DNA from: a virus
IMG/VR virus record: IMGVR_UViG_3300017940_000554
Coordinates: 4,429 to 68,428 of that record
Length of the DNA: 64,000 bases
Direction: 5' to 3' (one strand)
Shown piece after piece: positions 19,334 through 29,473 of the stretch. Under the pieces are notes generated by a model. It was not told where the DNA came from and did no database searches. It saw only the letters and a list, made by a program, of their open reading frames with translations. The position numbers and the translations under genes were made by a program. Each line of letters opens with the position of its first letter. Positions within the stretch are counted from its first letter, which is position 1.

Positions 19334-20320
19334 ATGGCAACCATGACTATGACCGCCGCAATGCCCGACGCCTCCAAGCTCATCAACCGTTTCCGCACAT
19401 GGGCCGATGCCCTGCAAAACCAGATTGATCACTTGGGCCGTCCCATGACAGAGAACCCGACGCCAAAGAGAAACAAACAGTATCAGATGCGTATGCACGA
19501 TTGCCGCAACCTGGAGCGCACACAAAAGGCATTGCGCGCCCTGGCCGATGCCCACGAACGCGGAACCGTTCCCACCGAGTTGGCCGAACTCAAAAAGAAA
19601 GACGAAATACGCCTGCTGGTGCGCAAGTCTATTTCTGGTGAGGGTGGTTATTACTCCTGCATTGAGTCAAAAGACTACGCCGAGACCTCGCCCGTTGCCC
19701 GCTTGCTGCAATCCATGATTGAGGGCAATTCCGCCGAGCGCACCGAGCGGGAGCGCTTGCGCAAAATCGGCGAGCTAGAGGCCGAAATCAAACTCTCCAG
19801 TATTCCCGGATACTTCCCCACACAAGCCCCTGTGATTGAAATCATGCTGCGCCGTGCGCGCATTGAGCCCGGCATGAAGGTACTAGAGCCTGAAGCCGGA
19901 AGCGGGCACATTGCCGACGACGTGCGTGCGGCGGTTCCTGGCGTCATCCTGGAAGTGATTGAGCCGGTGTACAAGCTGCGCGAACTCCTGCGCCTGAAGG
20001 GGTACAAGCTGGTGGGCGATGACTTCCTGCAGTTATCGTGCGCCGATCTGGGCCAGTATGACCGCATTGTGATGAATCCGCCTTTTGAACGGCAGCAGGA
20101 TCTTGAACACATCCGCCATGCCTACAAGTTTCTTGCCCCGCGCGGCGTGCTGGTCTCTGTTCTCAGTCCCAGTTTTGAATTCCGCAGTGACCGCAAGAGC
20201 ACCGAGTTTCGCGCTTGGCTCGACGAGGTAAACGCCACGTGGGAAAACCTGCCCGATGGTGCTTTCAAGGCTAGCGGTACCGGCGTCAGCACGCGGCTGC
20301 TGCTGATTGAGCGCAGCTAG
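19334..20320 (+). CDS. SAM-dependent (likely N6-adenine DNA) methyltransferase
   Basis: YFPT, VLEPEAGSG motif I, MNPPF motif IV. Confidence 0.8.
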   Translation: MATMTMTAAMPDASKLINRFRTWADALQNQIDHLGRPMTENPTPKRNKQYQMRMHDCRNLERTQKALRALADAHERGTVPTELAELKKKDEIRLLVRKSISGEGGYYSCIESKDYAETSPVARLLQSMIEGNSAERTERERLRKIGELEAEIKLSSIPGYFPTQAPVIEIMLRRARIEPGMKVLEPEAGSGHIADDVRAAVPGVILEVIEPVYKLRELLRLKGYKLVGDDFLQLSCADLGQYDRIVMNPPFERQQDLEHIRHAYKFLAPRGVLVSVLSPSFEFRSDRKSTEFRAWLDEVNATWENLPDGAFKASGTGVSTRLLLIERS

Positions 20321-20398
20321 ACAAGCACTCCCACGCCCACGGTCCCCTTTTGATAGGGGACCAAAATTTCAAACGAGAAAACTTTGAGGGATAGACCC

Positions 20399-20647
20399 AT
20401 GAGCTACACACAGGCCATGAAGTGGCAACGCACCCACCGCAAGGGAACCCGGCAGCCGGTGATCATGTCGACCGGCTCCGGATTCTGGCCTGCGTATGGC
20501 TGGCTGAAAAACGATTTTTGGCCTTATCTTGAACGGTGCAAGGCGGCTGGTATCGAACCGATGGAATGCCAAGCCTATTACAACGCAGGTTTGAGAGGTG
20601 GTGCGGGTGACCCGCGCTTGACCGACGCAGAACAGACAGAGGAGTAA
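20399..20647 (+). CDS. hypothetical protein
   Basis: ORF after intergenic motif. Confidence 0.45.
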   Translation: MSYTQAMKWQRTHRKGTRQPVIMSTGSGFWPAYGWLKNDFWPYLERCKAAGIEPMECQAYYNAGLRGGAGDPRLTDAEQTEE

Positions 20648-20652
20648 CCACA

Positions 20653-20874
20653 ATGCCACGCAAACACAATGCCGAACCGGGCGCGCTCATGCACGCATCC
20701 ACTGAAGAAGTTCTCTGGATCTACAGCATGGGGAAGCGCTTTCAGGTTCGCGCCATCACCACCAGCGATGAACAGTCGAACGCTTTCATGAACTCGCATA
20801 GGGATACGGCCCTTATCGCCTGTTATGGACCGTTTCAGATCATCGCCAACGTGTACCAAGGTGTCCGGGAATAA
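20653..20874 (+). CDS. hypothetical protein
   Basis: GAGGAG SD. Confidence 0.5.
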   Translation: MPRKHNAEPGALMHASTEEVLWIYSMGKRFQVRAITTSDEQSNAFMNSHRDTALIACYGPFQIIANVYQGVRE

Positions 20875-20941
20875 GCCCGAACACCTTAGAAAACGGACTG
20901 CAACTCCCAGCCGGTGCCCAGCACCAGAAAGGTTTTTCTCC

Positions 20942-21550
20942 ATGGCTCTTCTGGCCACACTTCCCGCCCCATTCAGTGAACTGGAGCCGTCCCGCCATCC
21001 TGGACGCCCGCCGCTCAGCCCGGAAGAACGCGAAGCACGCCGGCAAGCGCGCAATCAAGCTCGCCGTGACCAGCGCCGCGCCGTCCGCGAAGCCAAAACC
21101 CCACCAGTGCCCGTGGAACCCGCGCCCCTTCCTCTACCAGCTCCACCGCCCCCGCCTACGCCTGCCAGCGTTGCGCCTACGCCCCGCGTCTATTTCTCCC
21201 TCGGCCAGCGCGCCCGCGCCCTGCTCGGCTTTGGTGTAGGCGCATTCGTTCCCTTGGCAAGCTATACCGTCGTGCACGTGGAAGTCGATCAACGGCCTGG
21301 CATGTGGTTTCTGGTGGCCGGTGGTCTTGTTTATTCGTCCATCAGCGTCTATATGTGGGCCGTCAAAATGTTTCATTGGAAGCTGCGCGCCCTCGGCTTT
21401 GTCGCACTGCTGGAATGCACGCTCACATTTTGTGAAATTCGCTGGCTCAGTCTTGCCGGACTCGTCATTTTGATGCTGTTGAATGCTCTCAATGCGGCCG
21501 TTGCCCTGCAACAGTCTGAACCACCGACGATTCCCAAAAGCGCCGACTAG
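20942..21550 (+). CDS. membrane protein with basic/Pro-rich N-terminus
   Basis: About 4 hydrophobic segments in the C-terminal half; AAAGG SD. Confidence 0.55.
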   Translation: MALLATLPAPFSELEPSRHPGRPPLSPEEREARRQARNQARRDQRRAVREAKTPPVPVEPAPLPLPAPPPPPTPASVAPTPRVYFSLGQRARALLGFGVGAFVPLASYTVVHVEVDQRPGMWFLVAGGLVYSSISVYMWAVKMFHWKLRALGFVALLECTLTFCEIRWLSLAGLVILMLLNALNAAVALQQSEPPTIPKSAD

Positions 21551-21733
21551 CAGGCGCATAGTCCAGATTCTGGACAGGCATCTCTGAATTTAATGCACCA
21601 CAGTGCGGCTATGACTTGACACTGCGGTAAAGAAAGAAGAAAGTTCTAAAAGGGTCTATTTGATAGAGGACCAAAATTCTAACCGGCAGAACACGCCATA
21701 GCCGGAGCACAGCTCCAAGAATCGGAGAATGTT

Positions 21734-22438
21734 TTGGAAAACCATCGCAATTACCGACAGCAAGTGTTCGCCAGCATTCCGCCGTTTCTGGCAATCGTTG
21801 CTTTGGTGTATGTGGGAAACATTCTTTATTGGTCTTACCGTCAACGTCGAAAATTAGAACGGGAAAAAGCGGAATTGTTGCGGACTTCGATCAAGCTGCG
21901 CAAGCAAGCTGAATGCGATCATCTAACCGACCTGTGGAATCGCCGCATCATTGTTGAGCGTCTACAGCAAGAGGTAGAACGGTCTTACCGTGACAATACG
22001 CCGCTCAGTGTAATTATGGTGGATCTCGATCACTTCAAGCGGGTCAACGATACCTTTGGCCATCCCGCTGGTGATCAGGTACTGCGGCAGGTAGGCGCAA
22101 TCTTTAAAAATTCTCTGCGCTCCTACGATGGCGCAGGCAGGTATGGCGGAGAAGAATTTCTTTTGATTCTTCCTGGCGTCAATCTGCTGAATGCGGTTGC
22201 GCGTGCGGAACAGTTGCGTCAATCGATCGAGTCGGCCCGCTTTCGATATAACGGCACTTCCATTGCCATGACCGCCAGTTTTGGCGTCGTTTCTGATTTT
22301 CCTACTGATCCAGCAGAATTGATCCACGCTGTGGATGCCGCGCTTTATCAAGCCAAAAACAGCGGACGCAACTGCATCATGACGATCAAGCAGAAATCAT
22401 CTTCTTTTGATCTTCCGCAGGATTCTATCTCTCTTTGA
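21734..22438 (+). CDS. membrane-anchored diguanylate cyclase (GGDEF)
   Basis: DHLTDLWNRR, DLDHFKRVNDTFGHPAGD, RYGGEEF, RSYD I-site, ALYQAKNSGRN; one N-terminal TM. Confidence 0.9.
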   Translation: MENHRNYRQQVFASIPPFLAIVALVYVGNILYWSYRQRRKLEREKAELLRTSIKLRKQAECDHLTDLWNRRIIVERLQQEVERSYRDNTPLSVIMVDLDHFKRVNDTFGHPAGDQVLRQVGAIFKNSLRSYDGAGRYGGEEFLLILPGVNLLNAVARAEQLRQSIESARFRYNGTSIAMTASFGVVSDFPTDPAELIHAVDAALYQAKNSGRNCIMTIKQKSSSFDLPQDSISL

Positions 22439-22487
22439 TAGAGGACCAAAAATTTAAACCCATTTTCCATTGAAAAGGAAGAACGCT

Positions 22488-22919
22488 ATGAGCGTCGAAA
22501 AAATTACCAAAGTTGTTAACCGTTGCGTCTGTGAATTGCCCGACTGTATTGGAAAAGGCCGACCGTGGGACTCCAAGGATGAGAAAATTCCCAAGCGTTG
22601 CTCTTGGTGCAAGCGCACCGGCTGGAATGGTCAAGACCGCCGCCGCAAAGATGGACAATACGAATGGGTGCGCGTGCGGCAGTGCTCCACCTGCGGCGGT
22701 ACCCAATGGATTCAGAACGCCGAGGGCATTGAAGTCTGTGCGCATTGCTCCGCTGCTGCCCTCCAGCCTTCGCCCGCCGCCGCACCGGCAAAGAAGACCG
22801 CAGCTGCTCACACTCCTGGCTGTAAATGCACGCTCTGTCAAATCAAGCGCGCCAAAAAGTCCAAACCCGCAGTCGTCAAGCTGCCCAAACCACGCAAGGT
22901 CAAGAGGATTGAAGAATGA
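22488..22919 (+). CDS. Cys-rich Zn-finger protein
   Basis: Multiple CxxC pairs. Confidence 0.55.
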   Translation: MSVEKITKVVNRCVCELPDCIGKGRPWDSKDEKIPKRCSWCKRTGWNGQDRRRKDGQYEWVRVRQCSTCGGTQWIQNAEGIEVCAHCSAAALQPSPAAAPAKKTAAAHTPGCKCTLCQIKRAKKSKPAVVKLPKPRKVKRIEE

Positions 22920-23194
22920 ACATGAAACCGATTCTTCGCATGCTTTCGACCGAGGATTTTCTAAAGATGCTCACCGCCTGCCAGAACGCACGGGAGCGCT
23001 TCTACCTGCAGCTCGGCCGCAATGACCCGGATTTTGAGTACCACATCGATCTGCCGACAGAAGATGGAAAAGGATTGATCGAACCACTCGTCGATATGCC
23101 TGCATGGCTCGACGATGAAACGAGGTTTCCCAATGGCCGAAAATCCGCAAGGCGTTCGTATTTCGGTATCAAAGTACAAGAATCTTGCCGGTGA
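22916..23194 (+). CDS. hypothetical protein
   Basis: ATGA-coupled. Confidence 0.5.
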   Translation: MNMKPILRMLSTEDFLKMLTACQNARERFYLQLGRNDPDFEYHIDLPTEDGKGLIEPLVDMPAWLDDETRFPNGRKSARRSYFGIKVQESCR

Positions 23195-23422
23195 CCTCGC
23201 CGAGAATCTTTCCGGCCAGAACCCGGTTTTCTACGGACTTTATCGCAATGGGGAAGGCTGCTGCCTGGAAGAAGAAAAACTTTATGCCTACGAGCCTCAG
23301 CATGATTATCGCTCCGGCGCAATTGTGATGAGGGATGGAACACGCATGGCCATCTCTCAGGCCAAGGCACGTCAAGCTGGATGGAATGACCTGGCCGAAA
23401 AAATGGCGTTGAAAGGGATTCA

Positions 23423-24085
23423 ATGATCAAGGCTTTTGTCTATCTCCGCGTCAGCGGCAAAGGGCAGATTGAAGGCGACGGCTTCGACCGTCAACTGCTC
23501 GCCTGCGAACAATACGCAGCCAGCAATGAAATTGAAATTGTTGAAGTCTTTCGGGAAGAAGGCATCTCCGGCACCAAAGAACTCGATGACCGGCCGGCGC
23601 TTTCCGAGCTTTTTGCCGCACTGGAAGAGAACGGCATCAAAACCGTGATTGTCGAAAAGTTGGATCGTGTGGCCCGCGATCTGATGGTGCAAGAAACCAT
23701 CCTTGCCGACATGCAAAAACACGGCTACACCCTTCTATCCACAGCCGAGCCGGATCTATGCTCACAAGACCCCAGCCGTGTTTTAATGCGGCAAATCTTT
23801 GGTGCCCTGGCTCAATGGGAACGGGCCATGATCGTGATGAAGCTGCGTGGCGCGCGCCAGCGTAAAAAGGCGAGGGGTGAGCGCGGAGATGGGCGCCATG
23901 CCTTCGGCGAAAAGCCCGGCGAAGAGCAGATCCTCACCAGGATTCATGCCCTCGGCCTTCAAGGAGAAAGCACGCAATCCATCGCACAGATACTGAACAA
24001 AGAAGGCATTCCTACCAGGATGGGAAGGGCTTGGAACCGCGGAACGATCGCCAAGATCCTGGCACGGAAACAAAAGTCCACATAA
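23423..24085 (+). CDS. serine recombinase (resolvase family)
   Basis: YLRVS catalytic Ser, EGISGT, DRPAL, KLDRVARD; C-terminal HTH. Confidence 0.9.
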   Translation: MIKAFVYLRVSGKGQIEGDGFDRQLLACEQYAASNEIEIVEVFREEGISGTKELDDRPALSELFAALEENGIKTVIVEKLDRVARDLMVQETILADMQKHGYTLLSTAEPDLCSQDPSRVLMRQIFGALAQWERAMIVMKLRGARQRKKARGERGDGRHAFGEKPGEEQILTRIHALGLQGESTQSIAQILNKEGIPTRMGRAWNRGTIAKILARKQKST

Positions 24086-24113
24086 CTTGCGCCTTGTTTT
24101 CCCATCCCTTGCG

Positions 24114-24198
24114 CCACCTGCGGTGGGGCCAACTGCTTCGCTTGACTGAGCAAAGCGTTGTGGCAGGATGAACTGACAGTGGCTGCATGCAATGCCTC
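24114..24198 (+). repeat. ~81-nt structured repeat unit fused to first CRISPR repeat
   Basis: CCACCTGCGGTGGGGCCAA...CTTCG..TTGACTG...GCTGCATGCAATGC; homologous to 31841-32042 and 63460-63624. Confidence 0.75.
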
Positions 24199-25839
24199 AA
24201 ACTGTGTTGCTACGCTCGATTGCCGGTCGAGCGCACAGAATCGTGAAGTTGCATCTGTTCGATGCACTCAAACTGCGTTGCTACTTGCCGAAACCCTGCG
24301 GTCCACAGTCACGATGTTGTTGCATCTGTTCGATGCACTCAAACTGCGTTGCTACGACGAACATCGTTCACCAAGGGGTACCGTTTTCTGTTGCATCTGT
24401 TCGATGCACTCAAACTGCGTTGCTACCGGCGCTCGCACGGCCCTTCGCACTGACAACAAAGGTTGCATCTGTCCGATGCACTCTAACTGCGTTACTACCA
24501 ATGCTATGACAGGGAAGCGAACCCTATTTGTTTGACAGTTGCATCTGTTCGATGCACTCAAACTGCATTACTACACTACCTACCGATGCGTTTCCAGTAC
24601 CTTATCCAGTGTTGCATCTGTTCGATGCACTTAAACTGCGTTGCTACGACGTAATGACCCATGCTGGTGCGGGTCAGGCAAGTTGCATCTGTCCGACGCA
24701 CTTAAACTATGTTGCTACAAGATCATCCCAATCCTCTATGCTGGCACGACATTGTTGCATCTGTCCGATGCACTCAAACCACGTTGCTATCTATCTACAA
24801 ACCGATATGCCATATTCCGATGAGTTGCATCTGGCCGATGCACTCAAACTGCGTTACTATGTATCACCCACGCGCACCTGAGCTATGCGCCGCAGTTGCA
24901 TCTGTTCGATGCACTCAAACTGCATTGCTACTTGGTTCTTGGCAACAAGAAAATCTACACCAATCTGTTGCATCTACCAGATGCACTCAAACTGCATTGC
25001 TACAAAACCTATGGCCGTTTGTGTCGGCTTGTTACAGTTGCATCTGCTCGATGCACTTCGACTACATTGCTACCTATCTTAGAGATCAATATAACAAGTA
25101 CGACAATGTTGCATCTGGCCGATGCACTCAAACTGCGTTACTACGTATGACTGATTGACTGTCTGACCTGTGCTCCACTGTTGCATCTGTCCGATGCACT
25201 CAAACTCTATTGCTACATGAGCGGCCTCTTTATTCGTCTGATGGACAATGTTGCATCTACCCGATGCACTTAAACCGCGTTACTGCATCATTATCTTTTC
25301 CTCCATAAATGGCCACATGTTGTTGCATCTGCCCGATGCACTCTGCTTGCTTTGAGACGTATGTAGACAGCGTTATTAACAAGGACATTGGTTCGTTGCG
25401 TTTATTCGATGCACTTTACCTGCGTTGAAACCAAGAATGAGTCGACGTGAGACAGCCATGTGAGCGGTTGCATTTTCCCGATGCACTTTAACCACATTGC
25501 TACGCTATCACGTCCGTCTCTTAGGTCTCAGCATTGAGGTTGCATCTGCCCGATGCACTCATACCGCATTGCTACCCTTCTAACGCGGTGAATGCGACAA
25601 ACCATGTGAGGTTGCATCTGCTCGATGCACTCAAAGTGCGTTGCTACACCATTTGGTCGGCCATAAGGCCGGTCGTCCGAGCTTGCATCTGCCCGATGCA
25701 CTTAAATTCCATTGCGATCTGCGTCCGGTACCATGATTCCCAATGCCAGCGTGTTGCATCACTGCGATGCACTCTGCGTCCAATGTGTGCAACATGTCAT
25801 AAGTTGCATCTCTACGATGCACTGACATTTCGATGGAAT
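24179..25839 (+). CRISPR. CRISPR array 1a (~24 repeats)
   Basis: 37-bp repeat GTTGCATCTGTTCGATGCACTCAAACTGCGTTGCTAC and variants, mostly 33-39 bp unique spacers, degenerating toward 3' end. Confidence 0.95.
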
Positions 25840-25852
25840 CTCTGCCCAGGTT

Positions 25853-26131
25853 TTACCGTGCAGAAGAAGTCAGCCAGGAGCGCAACACCTCATTGGTACG
25901 TCTCTGCCATCCTTCCCCTGTAGCGCGCAGGCCCTCGATGACATCGGGAGACAAGCGAATCGAAATAGGCACTTTGCGAGGAGCTTTCTGCTTGCCACGC
26001 TGACGAAGAACACGGAGCGTCTTCTGTTCAGCTTTTGGCAGCGCAGAAAAAGGTACGAGAAAAGCAAAATCTTCTTCCGTTAATTCGCGCACTTCGCCAT
26101 CGTCGTCAATCAATTTTTTGGTGATCGCCAT
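25853..26131 (-). CDS. BrnA-family antitoxin (orphan)
   Basis: RG.QKAPRKVPISIRLSPDVIEGLRATGEGWQRRTNEVLR C-terminal RHH signature. Confidence 0.8.
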   Translation of the reverse strand: MAITKKLIDDDGEVRELTEEDFAFLVPFSALPKAEQKTLRVLRQRGKQKAPRKVPISIRLSPDVIEGLRATGEGWQRRTNEVLRSWLTSSAR

Positions 26132-26200
26132 GCGCTTATTGTATATGCAGTTTGCCAAGATCAAAACATTATTTTTGATGGAGAGCATTACGGCCCCGGT

Positions 26201-26810
26201 GTTGCATCTCCGCAAGGCACCGCAATTCCATTGCTACAAAAGAAATCACGTTCATCAATCCGAGGCTCTTCGGTTGCATCTGTTCAATGCACTTAAACTA
26301 CGTTGCTACCCATCGAGGATAAGGCGGCCGGAAATTAAGACCAGCCGTTGCATCTGTTCGATGCACTTAAACTACGTTGCTACCCGTTGTTGTGTGGCTT
26401 AACTTCACCACTCCCTAAGTTGCATCTGTCCGATGCACTCAAAATGCGTTGCCACTCTGACAACTGAGTAAAGATGCTGAAATACCTCATGTTGCATCTG
26501 TCCGATGCACTCAAAATGCGTTGCCACGAACGTAGTTTTCCCAACACCGCCTTTGTGATTAGTTGCATCTGCCCGATGCACTTCAACCGCATTGCTACAG
26601 GGCGCAATGGTCACGGCCTCTCTGACCTCGCAGTTGCATCTGCCCGATACACTCAAACTGCATTGCTGCGCGAGTCTGAAGAGGAATGTACTTCAGGTCG
26701 ACGTTGCATCTGTCCGATGCACTCAAACTGCATTGCTACGTGGAAGGAAAGCGCAGATGTTCGAGTTCATCAAGTTGCATCTGCACGATGCACTGTTATG
26801 GCGCTTTTAT
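26201..26810 (+). CRISPR. CRISPR array 1b (9 repeats, 8 spacers)
   Basis: Same repeat family; first and last repeats degenerate. Confidence 0.93.
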
Positions 26811-27355
26811 AGTACCTGCCGGGCGGTATGTGCTGCCAAGCTTTTTTTTAAATAATCCTCATACTTCCGCAGCACGATCCCCCGTGCAATCGGCTGGCAA
26901 CGGTCGACAAAAAAGATGCCTTGCAGGTGGTCAATCGCGTGTTGCACCGTGCGGGCCGTCTGCCCCCTGTAGACAGCGATGTGAGCCGCTTCAGGGTTAT
27001 CTATCGTTCCGCTGCGCACGTGCGCTATCTCGCTCCGCCAGACGCGCGCCGTGGCCTGTTCGGCAGGCGGCAGGCTCACGCATCCTTCCGCCTCCAGCAG
27101 ATCTTTCCCACCCAAATTCACAATCTCCGGATTCACCAGAATCTCGATCTTTTCGCTGGGCAGCGTCACCAGCGCCAGCTGCAAATATGCGCCCACCTGC
27201 GGTGCAGCCAGTCCTTTCCTTCCTCGCTCTTTCATCCGCTGGGTCATTTCTTCTATCAAATCTTCAATCTTGTCTGACCAACTCACCCGCCGACACAGCT
27301 TGCCCACCAGTTCCTGGCGATAAAGATGAATCGATGCTTCTTTTTGCTCCAGCAT
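26807..27355 (-). CDS. def: peptide deformylase-like protein (catalytic Glu replaced)
   Basis: GLAAPQVG, LVNPEI, EGCVSLP, QHAIDHLQG instead of HExDH. Confidence 0.8.
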   Translation of the reverse strand: MLEQKEASIHLYRQELVGKLCRRVSWSDKIEDLIEEMTQRMKERGRKGLAAPQVGAYLQLALVTLPSEKIEILVNPEIVNLGGKDLLEAEGCVSLPPAEQATARVWRSEIAHVRSGTIDNPEAAHIAVYRGQTARTVQHAIDHLQGIFFVDRCQPIARGIVLRKYEDYLKKSLAAHTARQVL

Positions 27356-27505
27356 TCGCTCATTCCTCCATCAAGGAGTCATTGCCATCAACGCAATGTG
27401 AGCGCAATTGTAAAAGAGGATTTCTGGAGCGTCGTCCAACGTCGCAAAAAAGAGAGAATTGTCCCTTATGAACAGGCATAGCGCTTCTAAAAGTGCTTCC
27501 TACGT

Positions 27506-28219
27506 TCAGTTCAGTTTCGAAAGATCGGATTTCTCCTGCGAAAAGAGGGCATCCACACTCTGCATCAGGGAAGTCATGTCAACCACCCCGTTTTTTACCT
27601 CGATGTTCTTCTTTAGCACCAGAGCGGAGTAAATCACATCCTGATGCTTGATTACTTCTACTTCCAGTTGATGGATCGTTTCTTTTTGCTTTTCGACAAC
27701 TTCTTTCTGCATCAAAAAGAGATTTTGCAAGTTATAATTCCGCCACGCACGTACCACGCACAATACCAGCATACAAACCCCTAATCCAGCAGCGTGCCAA
27801 AACCACCGAAAAAAACACTCTGCCGCAATCACCGCTCCTCCCGTAAGCAAGAGCAGACACGAAGCAAATTCATTCGCAAAAAAAAGGTGCGGATGGTTCC
27901 GAATCCAAGAAACGATCAATAGCTTTGCGGCTGTGCGTGGCTTCTCCGCAGGAACTTCGCTCATCGTTGATTCCTCTTTCTGTTGCTGCAACCACACACG
28001 CACGGCAGCATCGGCGGCTTCGCGGCGCGTCATGCCTGGCGGATCGCCTTCCATCGCTCCTGGAATAAAACAAGAACACCGACGCTCCAAGTGCGCTACT
28101 GAACCAATCACACCCCGCAATCCACAGTTCTTATGCATTGCGTCCTTGCCATTGTTTGTAGAGATGATCTGATCACCAATTGCGATCTCTTCGCCACAAT
28201 GAAGGCATTTCATCCGCAA
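27506..28219 (-). CDS. hypothetical membrane protein
   Basis: N-terminal Cys/His motif, 2 TM segments, coiled coil. Confidence 0.5.
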   Translation of the reverse strand: MRMKCLHCGEEIAIGDQIISTNNGKDAMHKNCGLRGVIGSVAHLERRCSCFIPGAMEGDPPGMTRREAADAAVRVWLQQQKEESTMSEVPAEKPRTAAKLLIVSWIRNHPHLFFANEFASCLLLLTGGAVIAAECFFRWFWHAAGLGVCMLVLCVVRAWRNYNLQNLFLMQKEVVEKQKETIHQLEVEVIKHQDVIYSALVLKKNIEVKNGVVDMTSLMQSVDALFSQEKSDLSKLN

Positions 28220-28554
28220 CTCTCCGCTTTAGCCAAAGTCTTCACTGGAATTTCTTTAGGCCATGCAGGCGCCAAAGGATGATCCCCGCAAACCGCTGTC
28301 AATGGCGCATGTTTTTTCTCTGGTTTCAGCATCACTGGCCCTGGCGCATTGAAGTCATACGCATAGAATTCACACAGCATGGTCCACATCACTTTAAGCC
28401 GTTTACCACACTCCGCACATCGCACTCTTCGGTTAAAACGTAAAAAACGAACAGTTGCACGCTGTTCTTCGGTAAACATCGAATTGGGTTTTGCCTCTAG
28501 AATCTCGACAGCAAGTATGCCAACACGCTTATCGTCTTCTTTCTTCACAGCCAA
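28210..28554 (-). CDS. hypothetical protein (CxxC)
   Basis: Operon-coupled ORF. Confidence 0.5.
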   Translation of the reverse strand: MAVKKEDDKRVGILAVEILEAKPNSMFTEEQRATVRFLRFNRRVRCAECGKRLKVMWTMLCEFYAYDFNAPGPVMLKPEKKHAPLTAVCGDHPLAPAWPKEIPVKTLAKAESCG

Positions 28555-28793
28555 ACCTCGACAATACAGGGGTCGTCGTTTTCAAAGCGTTCCAACCGGA
28601 AAAGCCCTTGCGGCACACATTCGCGGATCTCCGCAAGCGTATCGGCAAAGGCTGTTTCATCGGTTGCTATCATTACGCTTCCTGAGATATCCCAACGGCG
28701 CATCACATACTTGTCCGGATAATCCCGTGGATGTGCGTAGATCACCCATTGCGACAGTTCCATTCGTGGACGGTTCGGAGAATCGTTTTCCAT
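28545..28793 (-). CDS. hypothetical protein
   Basis: WVIYAHPRDYPDKYV...DDPCIVEVWL. Confidence 0.55.
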   Translation of the reverse strand: MENDSPNRPRMELSQWVIYAHPRDYPDKYVMRRWDISGSVMIATDETAFADTLAEIRECVPQGLFRLERFENDDPCIVEVWL

Positions 28794-28882
28794 CGTTTCA
28801 ATCCACGCACCGCTCGCAGTGCGACGGCTTTCCGCTGTTCGCTTCTGGCAAAAGGCGACGAACGAACAGCGGAAAACTGTTT

Positions 28883-29407
28883 TTATCGTTTTGCCAGATC
28901 GGCCAAGTTGGAAGAAACAACCCGGACAAACTCTTTTTCCGGCAATCCGTTTTCGCGGGCAATCTGTTCAGCCAGGCTTTCCAGCCGTCCCATTGCATAG
29001 CCCATCAAAGCCGCTGAAATCGGAGACTGATCCACACGCTTCTGCACCACCAGCGCCTTCGCAGTCGGTGCCGTCACTTCCGGTTTGGCTTTCACAGGAT
29101 GATGTGACTTTTTCGCAGGAATTGGTTTTTCCACCTTCTTGTTTTCCACCTTCTTGTTTTCCACCTTCTTGTTGTGCTTCTGGTGATAAGCCAAGGTAGA
29201 AGGAGCAACCCCGGCAACGCCGTGTTTTGCGTGGCGATGTGCTCCCAAACCACGCTTGTCCCCAAAAGCCACTTTCTTCCCCGCCTTCTGGCATTCAGGA
29301 CAAACGAAACTTTCCGGTTTTGATTCCATCGTGTCTTCCTCGCCTCTTAAAGTCTCCAAACTGGTCGAACTGGACTCGTCGGGAGCTGCATTTTCATTAG
29401 GAATCAT
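28883..29407 (-). CDS. C2H2 Zn-finger-like basic protein with KKVEN repeats
   Basis: CPEC...GLGAHRHAKH; tandem 15-nt repeats at 29129-29172. Confidence 0.5.
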   Translation of the reverse strand: MIPNENAAPDESSSTSLETLRGEEDTMESKPESFVCPECQKAGKKVAFGDKRGLGAHRHAKHGVAGVAPSTLAYHQKHNKKVENKKVENKKVEKPIPAKKSHHPVKAKPEVTAPTAKALVVQKRVDQSPISAALMGYAMGRLESLAEQIARENGLPEKEFVRVVSSNLADLAKR

Positions 29408-29473
29408 CTTAACGCCTCCACAAATCTTATGGATACTAAACACATGGAAAAAATTCAAAAGGTACTATTTGAA

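Noticed and set aside
24158-26855. Numerous ORFs with LHLFDALKL/CICSMHS repeats
   Set aside because: These are translations of CRISPR repeats, not proteins; the same holds at 32.1-32.6 kb and 51.9-52.5 kb
27190-27210. CCACCTGCGGTG in the def gene as another 81-nt repeat copy
   Set aside because: Explained by codons of the conserved AAPQVG motif; the flanks do not match
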